Source: a virus (lineage: Duplodnaviria; Caudoviricetes). Taken from it: DNA of 64,000 nucleotides. The notes under the pieces were generated by a model, which did no database searches, had not been told where the DNA came from, and worked only from the letters and a program-made list of their open reading frames with translations. The stretch's first letter is position 1; each line of letters begins with the position of its first letter. The stretch spans positions 17,738 through 81,737 of the IMG/VR virus record IMGVR_UViG_3300044738_000005; one strand, 5' to 3'. Positions 47,858 to 58,689 of the stretch are shown piece after piece. The position numbers and the translations under genes were made by a program.

Positions 47858-49831
47858 CTAGGCCTTCGCGGCCTGGTCCGCCGCGTAGACGGCGGCTAGG
47901 TACAGGTAGTTGTGGTCGATCTTGCGGTCGCGCTCTGCGCCCTTGGGGTCGTAGTAGCCCGTCCCAGGGTAGTCGAACAGGGGGTACCTGTCAAGCGGAT
48001 CGGTGAACTCGTCAGCCGTCAGACAGTCGTTGGTGGGGCGGAAGCCATAGCGCCGCCACTTGTCCTCGGCCTTGGAGATCATGGACGTGTCCACCTTGAG
48101 ACTCTTGATCGCCTCGACCAGCACGGGGTCCACGAGGCGGGCCGGATCGAGCTTGTCGATCTCGCTGTAGCGGGCCTGCTGCTGCAGCGTGTAGGCCTTC
48201 TTGATCTTGGCCGGGACCGTCTTGAGCCACTTGTCGTACTCAATCTTGACGAGGCTCGTGACCTCCTTGACCGTGGGGTTCTCGCGCTTGAACTTGTCGA
48301 GGCGGTTGCCCGGCAGGCAGACCAGCACGTGGTTGGGGTCGAGGCCCTCAAGGAAGGCGGCGTAGCGCGAGCCGTCGTTGAGGTTGCCCCAGATGTAGTA
48401 GAGGCTGTTGGCCGGGGTCTTGGCCACGTCAGCGGCCGGGACCTCGTACTGGCGCTTGCCGCCGACGATGCAGTCGAAGCTGCCGGCAAGTCGCCACTGG
48501 GTCGTGGCCTTGGGCGCAGCCTTCGGCAGCTTGATCGCCTTGATCGTCGGCCAGTCGATCACCGCGTCGGCCGGGAACCAGCGCCTGGCGTCCGGCGCGA
48601 TCTTGCCGGGCAGCAGGGCGAAGGTCTGGATGCCGGGCTGGCGGTCGCCGCCACCGAGCATCGTGTCGGCGTAGAGCATGAGCTTCTTCTTCTGCCCGGC
48701 GGTGAAGCCAGCCGCGTCGTAGTCCTCCACGATCAGCGTGCGGCCGAACACTTCCGCGTTGACGCGGCCGAGCGTGGTGTGCCCGGAGAGCTTGCCGGAG
48801 CGGCCGGTCGTGATCATGCCCGGCACGGTGAAGTCGTCGGGCAGGTCGGTGCCCTTGTACTTCAGCCCGTTGCGGTTCATGCCGAGGGGGTTGGCCCACT
48901 TGATCGCGGTCGTCAGCGCCTCGGCGTGTGAGGGAGCGTCGTCCACGATCTCCTGCAGGCGGCCCTTCTTGGCAGCCTTGAAGTCGGTCTGGATGGCCTG
49001 GATCGTGGCCTTCGTCTTGGGCGTGTAGTGCAGCGCCTCGCGGCTCGGGGTGAAGTTGACCTCACCGATCTCGACGCGCGCCACTAGGGAGTGCTGCCAG
49101 CCGAGCCCGTGCTCGATGGTGGCCGGGTAGGGCACGTTGCCCATGACGACGTAGGACTGGCCGCCGGGGATGACCGTGAAGCGGTCGCTGATCTTCAGGC
49201 CCTCGACGTGGCCGGGCTGCTTGCCGTCCACGAGGACCGTGCCGGGCTTCCAGAAGCGGAAGAAGTGGTCGGCCTTGCGCTGGAACTCGTGCGCGTCGGC
49301 GATGCGGGCCGGGACCTGCACGGTGACGCCGTTGTCCTCGTCGGTGGAGGCGGTGTCGATCACGGTCATGGAGCCCGCGCCGTCCTCGTCGCGGCCGATG
49401 ACGACCGTGACGCGCACGCCGTCCTTGATGCCGACCAGCGTGAACTGCGAGGCGTAGGTCAGCGCCGACTTGCAGCCGAGGCCGAGCATGCCGACCTGCG
49501 AGTTCGTGCCGCGCTTGGTGGACGCGCCGTACTGCGAGTAGATGGCCCTGATGTCGTCGTGCGACAGGCCGACGCCGTAGTCGCGCACCGTGAAAAACGG
49601 GGAGAGGCTGCTCGGGGTCGTGACCTCGATGGGGCGCGTGACCCCGGCCTCGATGTGGGAGTCCAGCGCGTTCGTGCTGTACTCACGAAGGATGGCGAGC
49701 TTGGGGTCGGAGTAGAGGTCCGTGAGGATGCCCATGATGTGGGCCATCGCGTCGGCGTGGATGCCCATGGCGATCTTGTCGCCGCCGATGTTGCTGTCCA
49801 CGTTGTACTGCTGATTCTTGTCTGCGATCAT
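47858..49831 (-). CDS. rIIA-like protein with GHKL ATPase N-terminus
   Basis: LYSDP..AILREY.TNALDSH; VRDYGVGLS; STKR...VGMLGLGCKS; adjacent to rIIB. Confidence 0.88.
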   Translation of the reverse strand: MIADKNQQYNVDSNIGGDKIAMGIHADAMAHIMGILTDLYSDPKLAILREYSTNALDSHIEAGVTRPIEVTTPSSLSPFFTVRDYGVGLSHDDIRAIYSQYGASTKRGTNSQVGMLGLGCKSALTYASQFTLVGIKDGVRVTVVIGRDEDGAGSMTVIDTASTDEDNGVTVQVPARIADAHEFQRKADHFFRFWKPGTVLVDGKQPGHVEGLKISDRFTVIPGGQSYVVMGNVPYPATIEHGLGWQHSLVARVEIGEVNFTPSREALHYTPKTKATIQAIQTDFKAAKKGRLQEIVDDAPSHAEALTTAIKWANPLGMNRNGLKYKGTDLPDDFTVPGMITTGRSGKLSGHTTLGRVNAEVFGRTLIVEDYDAAGFTAGQKKKLMLYADTMLGGGDRQPGIQTFALLPGKIAPDARRWFPADAVIDWPTIKAIKLPKAAPKATTQWRLAGSFDCIVGGKRQYEVPAADVAKTPANSLYYIWGNLNDGSRYAAFLEGLDPNHVLVCLPGNRLDKFKRENPTVKEVTSLVKIEYDKWLKTVPAKIKKAYTLQQQARYSEIDKLDPARLVDPVLVEAIKSLKVDTSMISKAEDKWRRYGFRPTNDCLTADEFTDPLDRYPLFDYPGTGYYDPKGAERDRKIDHNYLYLAAVYAADQAAKA

Positions 49832-49867
49832 AGGGGGGTGCCTCCTAGGGGCGTTGACGATGTGACC

Positions 49868-49916
49868 ATCTTATCATCCTGAGCGGCACTTTCAAGCCAC
49901 TTGTCAGGCATTTGAC
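49868..49916 (-). promoter_or_regulatory. Promoter TTGAAA-16-TAAGAT with upstream TGTCA-N6-TGACA dyad
   Basis: -10 at 49868-49873, -35 at 49890-49895, dyad ending near 49902. Confidence 0.7.
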
Positions 49917-49951
49917 AGGTACTTGTCGGCGTGCTGACCGTTCTGCCGGCA

Positions 49952-52538
49952 CTATAGCCAGGCTTCGTGGGAAAGGATGCCGCCGTTCTTGAGGGCGACC
50001 CAGACGCGCCCCTCGGACGCGGGCTCCATAACAATCTGAGCGCGAGGGTCTGCTGCCAGCATCGGAGCGAGCGCCAGCACGCGCTGGCCGATCCGTGTTG
50101 CCTGGTCGTGGCCCATCGTGACGCGCCCCGACACCTTGGGCTCGGCGGGCGGCCCGGCGTGGCCGTAGCGGCGGCACACGTCCGGGTACTGGCCGCAGGC
50201 GCAGCGGGTCATCGGGGCCGCCCCGGCCACTTGGGCCAGCACCAGTCGGCCGCGTAGGGCTGGAACCGCTCGGGCGTCACGAGATCGAGAGCGAGCAGGG
50301 ATAGCTGGATGCGGTAGGCCAGCGGCTTGATCGCTCGGAGGATGCGCAGGCGGCCGATCACTTCTGACACTCCTGGCCGTCGCAGAGCGACTCGTCGCCT
50401 TCGCACTCGGGGCAGTTCGACTGCGCGCCGGTGATCTCCGCTAACCGTTTGTCGTAGAGCGGGTAGGACGTGACCGGGCCGCCGTGATCGTTCGGCAGGC
50501 CCTCTTCGACCAGGCGCGTGAGGATGACGCGGGCCAGCCCGTAGTTCTCGTCCTCCATGTCAGAGAGGGCGGCCTCGATCTCACGGCGCACGTCCTCGGC
50601 CGCGCGCATCTGCGCGGTCTCGCGCTGGTGGACTCCCTCGCGCCACTGTGCCAGGTGAGCCTTCTCGGTCTCGGTGAGCGCCATTTACCAGTTCCTCGGA
50701 TCGCGGTAGGAGTCGCGGCCGTGGCGGCCGGTGCGGCGCACCTGGCGCTGATCGACCTTGCGCTTCTGGTCGTTGTGGACCCCCGCGCCGGAGCGGAGCT
50801 TGGCGGCTACCGCGACCGGGCTGGGGGTCTTGATGTGAGAAGTGGACTTGGCCATGTCGAGCATGCTACCGATCCTCTCGGTCATTGCAAGCAAGAGGGT
50901 CAGGCGACGGACCTTCGCCGGTCACGGCCGCATACAGCGCACGCAGCGCGGCCAGCGTCTTGAGGCGCGTCGGCTTCTCCCAGACCGGGGCCGTGTCGTC
51001 GTCCTCGGTCACTAGAAGCTCCCGCGCGGCGGCTAGAGCCTCCATCGTGGCCTGATGCTGGGCGACCCGGCCGCCGAGGCGGCGGCGGAAGTCGGCCTCG
51101 GAGACCCCGAAGCGCCGGATCACGTGCTGGATAGCTCGATCCATCGGGACCCCCTGCTCGCACAAGTGGTCGTAGTGCGCCACGGCATTGTCCTCGTGGA
51201 GGGTCATCACCTGACTCCCAGCCGCCGCAGGACCTCGCGGACGGTCTCCGCGTCGTAGCCGTCCGGGTCGATCAGACCGTCGAGGGCTCGCAGGTCGGCC
51301 GTGCGCTGCTCGGCGCGTCCGGCCTTCGCGGCCTCTTCGGCGATCTTCCCGGCGGCGGCCATGATGTGCGACGTGTACTCGTCGCTCAGGACGTTCGTGG
51401 CTCGTAGCGACTGGTAGAGCCGGTTGTAGGCGGTCTGGGTGGTCATGCCTGAGCCCCCATGGCGGCCTTGAGGGCCGGGAAGTCCATGGTCTCGCCGAGG
51501 ATCAGGAAGGTGGTCGGGAGGTACTCCATCCAGACCCGCGCTCCGCACGACAGGGGCTCGCGGCCCTGCGCGTTGCAGTCCACCGTGCGGCCGAAGCCCT
51601 CGACCTCGTGGGCGTAGCGCGAGAGGCCGCCATCGGCGGGGTGCTTGATCGTCAGCGTCGGGAGCTTGGTCCCGTGCTTGGCGTTGTGCTTGATCACGTG
51701 CTGGTTCACGTGCACGATGACGGGCCGGTCGGTCATCGCTCGACCACGACCATAAGGATGCTGGCCAGGTTGATGTAGCACTCCTGCCCGGTGGACGAAT
51801 CCTCGACGCGAACGAGGCCGCCGATCTCGATGGAGCGGTCCATGATGGCGACCTGCGCCCTGACGCCAGGGCTGCCTTCGCGCTCAAGCACGCTCGGGTG
51901 GATGGTGTAGCTGCGGTGCTCGGTGACGAGGCGCAAGTAGGGCTTGGTGGGGGTCATGGGGTTCCTCCGGTTCCTAGGGGATCGGTCTTGACGATGTGGA
52001 TGATGTCGGCGCGCCTGGCGGCGCGCACGAGCCGAGGGTTCAGGGTGTACTGGCCGCCCATGACCATCAGCCGGTCGTTCTCGCGCTCCTGCGCTTCGGC
52101 CTCGGTCATGTCGGTCACGGTTCCAGGCGGAAGCTCTCCCACAGCAGCGCGGTAGTCATCGCCCCGGTAGACGTAGGCGCAGGTCTGGGGCTTGCGCGTG
52201 TAGGGCGGCTGGGTGTAGCGCGGGCAGAACTTGAGCGCCATGGCGAAGCAGCGGGGGTGTGCTGGCGGGCCATTGGTCTCGTGCCGGTTGGTGTGACCGA
52301 ACACGACAACGCGATGCAGGCCGAGCCCGCACACGACGCATTTGCCGGCAGTTACGCACTCCCGAAGCTCGTCGTCGCCGAAGCTCAAGAAGTCGCCCTG
52401 AGCCTGATTGGCTCCGCCGAGGAAGATGGCAGGGATCGAGCGCACGAGGGGCTCGTCGCCGGGGGCAACGGCGCGGTAGTCGTCATAGGACACGCGGCCT
52501 CGGGGCCAGCCTGCGGCCCAGGGCTTGGCGGCGCTCAT
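49952..52538 (-). other. Small ORF cluster (e.g. 50358-50684, 50685-50855, 50866-51210, 51207-51446, 51443-51736, 51733-51957, 51954-52538)
   Basis: Coupled ORFs with phage-like codon usage; no function assignable. Confidence 0.5.
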
Positions 52539-53218
52539 GCGCGCACCGCCAGCGGGCAGGCATCGTTGAGGCGCTCGTTCTCGCGGGCCTCCCGCTCGCA
52601 GGGCTTCCGCTCGTAGCCGATGCCCTTGTTCTCGCGGGCATGGGCATCCTGCCGAGCGCGCCAGCGGTCCTCGGCCGAGGCGTCCGGGCCGAGCCCTGCG
52701 GCGGCGATCTGGCGCTCGGCCTGCGCGGCGTGGGTCAGTTCGTGCCAGAGGGACTCGCCCGCGCGCTCGGGGCCGAGGAAGCTCTTGAGCACGATCTCGT
52801 GCACGAGCCGCGTGGCGGTCTCGATGTTGGCGATGCGGCTCCCCTTACGGTGGCACCGGCCGCCCTTGGGGGTCAGGCGGTAGTAGGCCGAGGTCGAGGA
52901 CTCGCGGCCGTTGAGCCTGATCTCGACGGGCAGGGTCAGGCCGAAGTAGGCCTTGGCCTCGGCGAGCGCGTCGGGGTCGATGTGCCACGGCCCCTCGCCG
53001 CGCCCCTGCGCGGCCGCGAGGAACTCCTGCTGGCGGTAGTCGCCGGGAGTCACGTCGAGGACGACGTAGCCGAGGGCCTCGTAGTGCGCGTGGACGCCGC
53101 GCTTGTCGTAGCCGAGGATGACCTTCTTCTCGATGGCGTTCGACGTGGTGTGGCAGACCGTGGCGGTGAAGCGGCGACGGCGCGGACGCCGGGGGGATGC
53201 GGTGCGGGATGCGTACAT
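52535..53218 (-). CDS. HExxH zinc metallopeptidase-like protein
   Basis: SLWHELTHAAQ; downstream Y..K..E.EA. Confidence 0.6.
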   Translation of the reverse strand: MYASRTASPRRPRRRRFTATVCHTTSNAIEKKVILGYDKRGVHAHYEALGYVVLDVTPGDYRQQEFLAAAQGRGEGPWHIDPDALAEAKAYFGLTLPVEIRLNGRESSTSAYYRLTPKGGRCHRKGSRIANIETATRLVHEIVLKSFLGPERAGESLWHELTHAAQAERQIAAAGLGPDASAEDRWRARQDAHARENKGIGYERKPCEREARENERLNDACPLAVRA

Positions 53219-53425
53219 GGAGGGCACCTTAGCGGCCCTGCCGGACGACATCGAACACGTCGTCAGCGAACGGACACACGGGGTCCCTGACGATGCTGGG
53301 GGCGTCGAGCGTCAGGGGCAGGAGGCCTCCCAGGGGTCCCTTCCCGGCCTCGTGGCGGGCGGCGCTGGCCTCGGGAGTGCCAGCGGAAGGGGCAGGTCCG
53401 CAGAGGGGCTTAGGATTTGCCGGCA

Positions 53426-54895
53426 TTACGCTGCCACCTGCGCGACAGGCGCGGCCGGGGCATCCTTCGCCCAGGCCAGCGCCTCACAGTCGAGCGCGAG
53501 CTTGGCGCGCGTGACCGCGACGTACATGAGCATGGCCTCGGGGCGCGAGAGGCCCTCGCCCTCGCGGTCCTCGGAGGGCTGGAAGTCGGCCGCGATGCGG
53601 ACGCGGTTCCACTCGCGGCCCTTGGACTTGTGCGCCGTCGAGAGGGTCACGTCGGCCGCACCTTCGGGGCGCGCGTTCTCACACACGTTGTAGATGGCCT
53701 GCAGGCCGAAGTTCGTGATCAGCTTCACGAGGCTGCGCAGGTCCGACCCGCCGGAGTCGTTCTCCACGTAGTCGAGCACGTCGTCCCAGGACTTGAACGC
53801 GCCGAGGTCGGCGTGCCAGGAGACCCGCTCGCCCTCCATGAGCTTCTCGGCCGCCTCAGCGAACCGCTTGATCTGGTCGGTGCCGCCGACGATGGCGAAC
53901 GTCCGGCCGTGGGCCGTCGCAGCGAGCGCCTCGGCGATGACCGCTGCGTTCGTGCGGCAGAGGATCGCGTCGGCCTCGGTGAGGGGTCCGACCTTGGAGT
54001 CGATAGGGTCGTGACCGACGATGCGCAGCGGTGCGTCGAGCAGGTTGAGGAACACGTTGGCCTCAGCGGCCACAGCGGGGCCGAAGCGGAAGGACTTGGT
54101 GAGGCTGACGCGGTGCTGCGCGGGCCAGGCCTTCATGGCGTCCGTCGCGCCGCGCCAGCCGTAGATGGCCTGCGACTCGTCGCCGACCGCGATCAACTGC
54201 TTGCCGGTCTGCGCGAGCACGATGCCCGCGATGCAGGGGTCGGCATCCTGCGCCTCGTCGTAGAGGATGAAGTCAGCCGGGAGGACGGGGTTGGAGAGCG
54301 CCCAGACCTTGACGTACATGTCGTGCGTGAAGCGCAGCTTGCCGACCTCGTTCTTGAGGTCTGAGTCCCAGGCCTGCTGCGCGTGCTTGGCGAGGTAGGA
54401 GGCGAGTTCATAGGACACGTCCTCGGTGCCGGGGGCCTCCCAGACGACCTTGGAGGCGTGCTTGACGCCGATGATCTCGTCGGCGCTGTGGCACCACTTG
54501 TTGACGGTCTCCATGACCATCGAGGCCACGCGCCCGGCCGCAAGCTCGGAGCCGTTCTTGAGGTCGTAGGGGCCGACGCCCAGGATGCGGGCGGTCTCGC
54601 GGGCCGTGAGGCGGCGCTGCTTGAGGCGGGGGCCGAAGCGGTGACCGACCGCGCGGTAGGCGAAGGAGTGCGCCGTGCGGCAGGTGACGTTGGAGGGGAA
54701 GGACTTGGCCGCGTCCGTGGCGATGGCCTTGTTGTAGGCGATGTAGATGCCCTTCGCGGGGGCGAGCGCGTCGGCGATCAGCCGGAGCGTGGAGGTCTTG
54801 CCTGAGCCCGCGCCTGCCGTGATGACCACGTTGCCGCCGGTGAGTGCCGCCTCGACGGCCGCGTCCTGCTCGGGGGTGTTCTTGAAGTTGCTCAT
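53426..54895 (-). CDS. UvrD-like superfamily 1 helicase
   Basis: AGAGSGKT; YDEAQD; VGDESQAIYGWRGA; LTKSFRFG; LCRTNA; STAHKSKGREW; YVAVTRAK. Confidence 0.93.
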   Translation of the reverse strand: MSNFKNTPEQDAAVEAALTGGNVVITAGAGSGKTSTLRLIADALAPAKGIYIAYNKAIATDAAKSFPSNVTCRTAHSFAYRAVGHRFGPRLKQRRLTARETARILGVGPYDLKNGSELAAGRVASMVMETVNKWCHSADEIIGVKHASKVVWEAPGTEDVSYELASYLAKHAQQAWDSDLKNEVGKLRFTHDMYVKVWALSNPVLPADFILYDEAQDADPCIAGIVLAQTGKQLIAVGDESQAIYGWRGATDAMKAWPAQHRVSLTKSFRFGPAVAAEANVFLNLLDAPLRIVGHDPIDSKVGPLTEADAILCRTNAAVIAEALAATAHGRTFAIVGGTDQIKRFAEAAEKLMEGERVSWHADLGAFKSWDDVLDYVENDSGGSDLRSLVKLITNFGLQAIYNVCENARPEGAADVTLSTAHKSKGREWNRVRIAADFQPSEDREGEGLSRPEAMLMYVAVTRAKLALDCEALAWAKDAPAAPVAQVAA

Positions 54896-54902
54896 GGGTG
54901 GA

Positions 54903-54952
54903 ACCCTAGTGGAACGAAGCCCTGCTCCGCAAGGGGGTGTCAGCGGTCGGAC
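54903..54952 (-). promoter_or_regulatory. Leaderless promoter TTGCGG-18-TAGGGT with upstream 16-bp operator
   Basis: -10 is 7 nt before ATG 54895; GTGTCAG-N4-CGGAC at 54937-54952. Confidence 0.7.
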
Positions 54953-55110
54953 ATGTCCGTGTCAGCCTGCGGACTTTCCCTGCAAAAGGGGTCGGCTAGT
55001 GTCCGCCTCCGGGTTCTCTCAGCCGGACCTGCCGCTGTACTTCATTTGCTCTCTGGTACAGAGCCTAGTGAAGATCGGCGGCCGGTGCAACTGCGGTGTC
55101 AGCACGCGGA

Positions 55111-55425
55111 CTACCAGCCTCCATCGGCTGGCGTAGCGAACGCCTGCCGAACGCGCTCGCGCAGGCGCACGAACAGCGGGTGCGGCGGGTTGTAGCGCAC
55201 GCCAGGGTCGGGCTCGGGCCGCGTGGGAGGGTCAGGCTCCACCCAGGTCAGTCGGCCGCCGCAGTCCTCGACGTGCACGTGTCGCGCGCCGAGCGTGTAG
55301 CCGAAGCCGGGCAACGGTCCACAGCGCGTGCAGTTCCAGCCCTTCACGCGGACGGGGGGCGTGGGCGGGGGGTCGGGCCAGCCGAGGCCACCATAGGGCG
55401 CGTCGATGTCAGCGAGCAGGTGCAT
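55111..55425 (-). CDS. Pro-rich Zn-binding hypothetical protein
   Basis: CTRC...HVEDC; coupled start. Confidence 0.5.
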   Translation of the reverse strand: MHLLADIDAPYGGLGWPDPPPTPPVRVKGWNCTRCGPLPGFGYTLGARHVHVEDCGGRLTWVEPDPPTRPEPDPGVRYNPPHPLFVRLRERVRQAFATPADGGW

Positions 55426-55895
55426 CAAGCGGCGGCCCTCGGGATGATCGGCTCGCGGACGCCCGCGCGGACGGCGGCGATGTGCTCGTCGGCGGCGCGA
55501 ATCGCGGCAATGTTGCGGGAGTCGGGCTCGGCCGGGAAGCGGAACACGACGCGGTAGCCGTCGCCGGGATCGCGCTGGCAGCGATGCGGCGTCTGGTGGC
55601 CGGAAGGTTCCGTGCACACGTACCGACCGTTGGCCGTCGTGATGCCGCAGATCGCGCCGGTCCACTGAGCGATGCGCTCGGTGACCCCGGCGTGATCAGC
55701 GCGGGCCTGCGCGGCCGGATCGTTCCACTTGTAGTCGGAGGCCTCGGCGTGCGACTGCGACTTGCCGGGCGTGTGCTCGTAGGAGCAGCAGCCGGTGTGG
55801 CCCCAGGGCTGCTCGCAGACCGGGCGACCGTGGTAGTCGGGGCCGATGGAGCCGCAGCGACCGGCGGGGGTCGTGATGTCAGCGATGGAGGTCAT
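55425..55895 (-). CDS. Protein with duplicated CG-x-C-xx-P-x-GH motif
   Basis: Two Cys/His repeats; leaderless TTGTGG-17-TAGGGT promoter. Confidence 0.55.
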   Translation of the reverse strand: MTSIADITTPAGRCGSIGPDYHGRPVCEQPWGHTGCCSYEHTPGKSQSHAEASDYKWNDPAAQARADHAGVTERIAQWTGAICGITTANGRYVCTEPSGHQTPHRCQRDPGDGYRVVFRFPAEPDSRNIAAIRAADEHIAAVRAGVREPIIPRAAA

Positions 55896-55939
55896 GGATG
55901 GGACCCTAGGGCATCCGCCGGACGGCCACAAGGCCTCGG

Positions 55940-57429
55940 TCAGGCGTCGGACGCCCGCTCGTAGGGCTTCAGGCGCGTCTTGGCGACGGCATGCAGGTGG
56001 CGCACGTCGCGCTCTTCCTCGTCGCGGCGCGCGATGGCGTCGGGACGCAGGGCCTCGGCGATGTAGCCGAGCACGTTGCGGTCCTCGTTGGAGCCGTCCG
56101 GCTCAGGCATCCGGGGCCACGCAGCCTCGATGCGCGCGATGATCCGGGCGTTCTCGTTGGGGGTGTCAGTCATGGGGGTCCTCTCGGTCGATGGGGAAGT
56201 GCCGAGCGTAGCGGTCAGGGTCAGCGCCATCAGCGCGCAGGCCTGCGATGACGAACGCGACGGTGGCGATCAGCATGAGCGCGCCTGCCAGCGTCATTCT
56301 GCCGGCAAATCCGCCAAGTGACGGTAAACGGCCCCAAGGACGCCGAAGAACAGACAGCCGCCGAGCACGGTGATGGAGACCGTGCCAAGGGTTGTCCAGG
56401 GCTCCTGATCCTTCTCTGTGATCGCCATGCCTGCCACGAGAAGCGCGAAGAACGCGCTGGCCGTGATGGCAGCCCAGAGCGCCACGAGGGCGCGCACCGT
56501 GCGGCTCACGAGCGATCCCTCTCGGCGATGGCCTCGCGCTCCTGCTCCACGAGGACGCCGAACACGGCGGCCATGACCGGCCCCTCCGCCATCGGCGAGG
56601 GGCTGAGGCGGCCGGTCTGTGCGGGCAGCACTCGGACGATCTCGGTCGCGCGGGTCACGAGCTTGGCGATCTCGGCGTCGGAGAGGGCCTCCATCAGGTC
56701 TCCCTCCGCGTGCGCGTGATCTTCAGCGGCGAGGGCAGCGACTCGACCGTGACCGACTCGATGCAGACCTCGTTGTCGGACCACAGCAGCAGCAGCCGGA
56801 AGGTGCCGGGGCCGGGCAGGTAGGGAAGCGCCTGCTTGACCAGATCGGTCGTGCTCGACGCGCTGCCGTCCTCGGCCGTGAGGATGGGCTTGCGCCAGCC
56901 GCTGGCGCGGCTGACGGGCTGGTCCGAGAGGTTGTAGACGGCGAGCATCAGACGATCTCCGCCGAGACCTTGACCTCGACGCGGGCGTTGAACACCGAGG
57001 CGTCGAGAGGGTTGACCAGCGCCGCGACCGTGATGGTCAGGTCGGTACCGGGCCTGAGCGCGGGACGGTCGGGGACGAAGGCCTCGACGGCCGCCGTGGC
57101 GACCTGCTCGACGGTGCCGGGGGCGGCCTGGTACTTGGCGGCGCGGGACTCCTGCCCGACGCGGATGGTCACGAGGTAGCCGCCGCGCGCGAGCATGTCG
57201 CGGTCGAGGCCGGACGACCCGATCCGCTTGATGCGGGGGATGTCGGTCATCGGGCCACCGGGATGACGGCGTTGGCACCGCGCACGATACGCGCGGTGGG
57301 GGAGGGCTCGCGCACGACAGCGGTGGCGCGGGCGGCCGGGCGCTGCGCGCTCGGGGAGGCGGCGCTGGACGGCGTACTGGTGGCCGTGGTGCGCTGCGTG
57401 AAGATGGGGCTGGACTTGGTGAGATTCAT
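55940..57429 (-). other. Small ORF cluster (55940-56173, 56294-56509 membrane, 56506-56696, 56694-56950, 56948-57250, 57247-57429)
   Basis: Coupled ORFs; RBS motifs. Confidence 0.5.
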
Positions 57430-57465
57430 GGGGGTCCTCCTGGGTTGGATGATCCTGCCTCGTAG

Positions 57466-57515
57466 AGGCTAGTCGAGTAGGGCGTCCGATTCAAGGCCCG
57501 TGTCAGGCAACGGAC
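57466..57515 (-). promoter_or_regulatory. Promoter TTGAAT-17-TAGCCT with upstream 16-bp operator
   Basis: GTGTCAG-GCAA-CGGAC at 57500-57515, 5 bp from the -35. Confidence 0.7.
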
Positions 57516-57815
57516 GAACGCGGGGCGCGTCCTCGATGTTCTCGTCAGCCGAGGGGCGGGGTCCGGCCGCGTCGAGGATGCAGTCGAGGAAGGTCGCCAG
57601 CCCGGTGATCTCGGCCGTGCCGCCAATGCCGCGCGCCGGGTCGTTCTCGATCAGCCAGTCCCGCTGGCGGCGCAGCAGCGCGAGGTCAACGCGCAGGGCT
57701 TGGCCGCGCACGAACACTTGGGTCTCGGGAACTGCCGGCAGATGGTTGGGCGCGGTGTGGGCGCGCCTGGCCTGCTCGGCCAGGGCGTCCTCCTGCGCCT
57801 CGCGCTGCTTGCGCG

Positions 57816-58109
57816 TCACGCGATGGCCCTCTCGTCCAGCGGGACGAACGTGTAGTGCTTGTCGGCGAACACGAACCCGAGGCCGGGGTAGTCGCGCGGC
57901 GGGTTCTTGATCCCGACGCGGACGTACTTGACTGCGACCCAGCCGGGGCCGTGCATACTCGACCCGCCGCGCGTGCAGCCCTTCAGCGCGTACACGTCGA
58001 GCCCGTTGGAGTGCACCGCGAGGAAGCACTTGGCGGGCGGCTCGACGGTGATGGACTCGCCCCGGTCCAGGGCGCGCTTCTGGTCGTCGGTGATCTCGAC
58101 GGAGGGCAT
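57816..58109 (-). CDS. TPEQ-family paralogue 4
   Basis: MPSVEITDDQKRALDRGESITVEPP...FLAV...DVYAL. Confidence 0.65.
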   Translation of the reverse strand: MPSVEITDDQKRALDRGESITVEPPAKCFLAVHSNGLDVYALKGCTRGGSSMHGPGWVAVKYVRVGIKNPPRDYPGLGFVFADKHYTFVPLDERAIA

Positions 58110-58441
58110 CAGCGGCCGTCCGAACGGATCAGGCGCACCCCAGGCGTGCCGATGCGCAGTCCGCGCTGGCCTCGGCCCTTGGGCTCGCTCATGGAGAGCG
58201 GCTCGGACTTGGACTCGCGGTTGAGCGGACGGCCGGTGTTGTCGCGCACGTGAAGCGCATCCACGAACTGCATGTAGCCGTCCGGGTACAGCAGGCCCTC
58301 GCGGACGTAGTAGACGTGCTTGCCGGGGCCGATGATCAGCGCGTCCTTGATGGACTCGGCGGGCCGACTGATCAGGACGGTCTGACCCGCATCGTAGGCG
58401 CGCAACTGCTCGTCGGTGAGGTTGACGGTGAGCGGCGGCAC
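58109..58441 (-). CDS. TPEQ-family paralogue 5
   Basis: GTG start; PPLTVNLTDEQLRAYDAGQTVLI...HVYYV. Confidence 0.65.
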   Translation of the reverse strand: MPPLTVNLTDEQLRAYDAGQTVLISRPAESIKDALIIGPGKHVYYVREGLLYPDGYMQFVDALHVRDNTGRPLNRESKSEPLSMSEPKGRGQRGLRIGTPGVRLIRSDGR

Positions 58442-58689
58442 TACGCCACCGTGGCCGTGTAGGCCGGGACGGGGTTGTGCGTGAGCCGGAGCACCTTGAC
58501 GGTGCCCTGCGCAGCGCAGATCGTGTCGTAGCTGTCGGGCTGCTCGCACACCGCGTAGTAGCCGTCCGGCATCGGCAGGCTCGTGGCCTGCGCGAACTCC
58601 ACGAGGGCCTCGGCGTGCGAGGCCGCGCGAACGCGGCCGCCGGTCAGGAACTCGCCGTCAGCCCGGAAGATCGCGTAGAGGGAGGTCAT
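58441..58689 (-). CDS. Hypothetical protein
   Basis: MTSLYAIF... coupled ORF. Confidence 0.5.
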   Translation of the reverse strand: MTSLYAIFRADGEFLTGGRVRAASHAEALVEFAQATSLPMPDGYYAVCEQPDSYDTICAAQGTVKVLRLTHNPVPAYTATVA

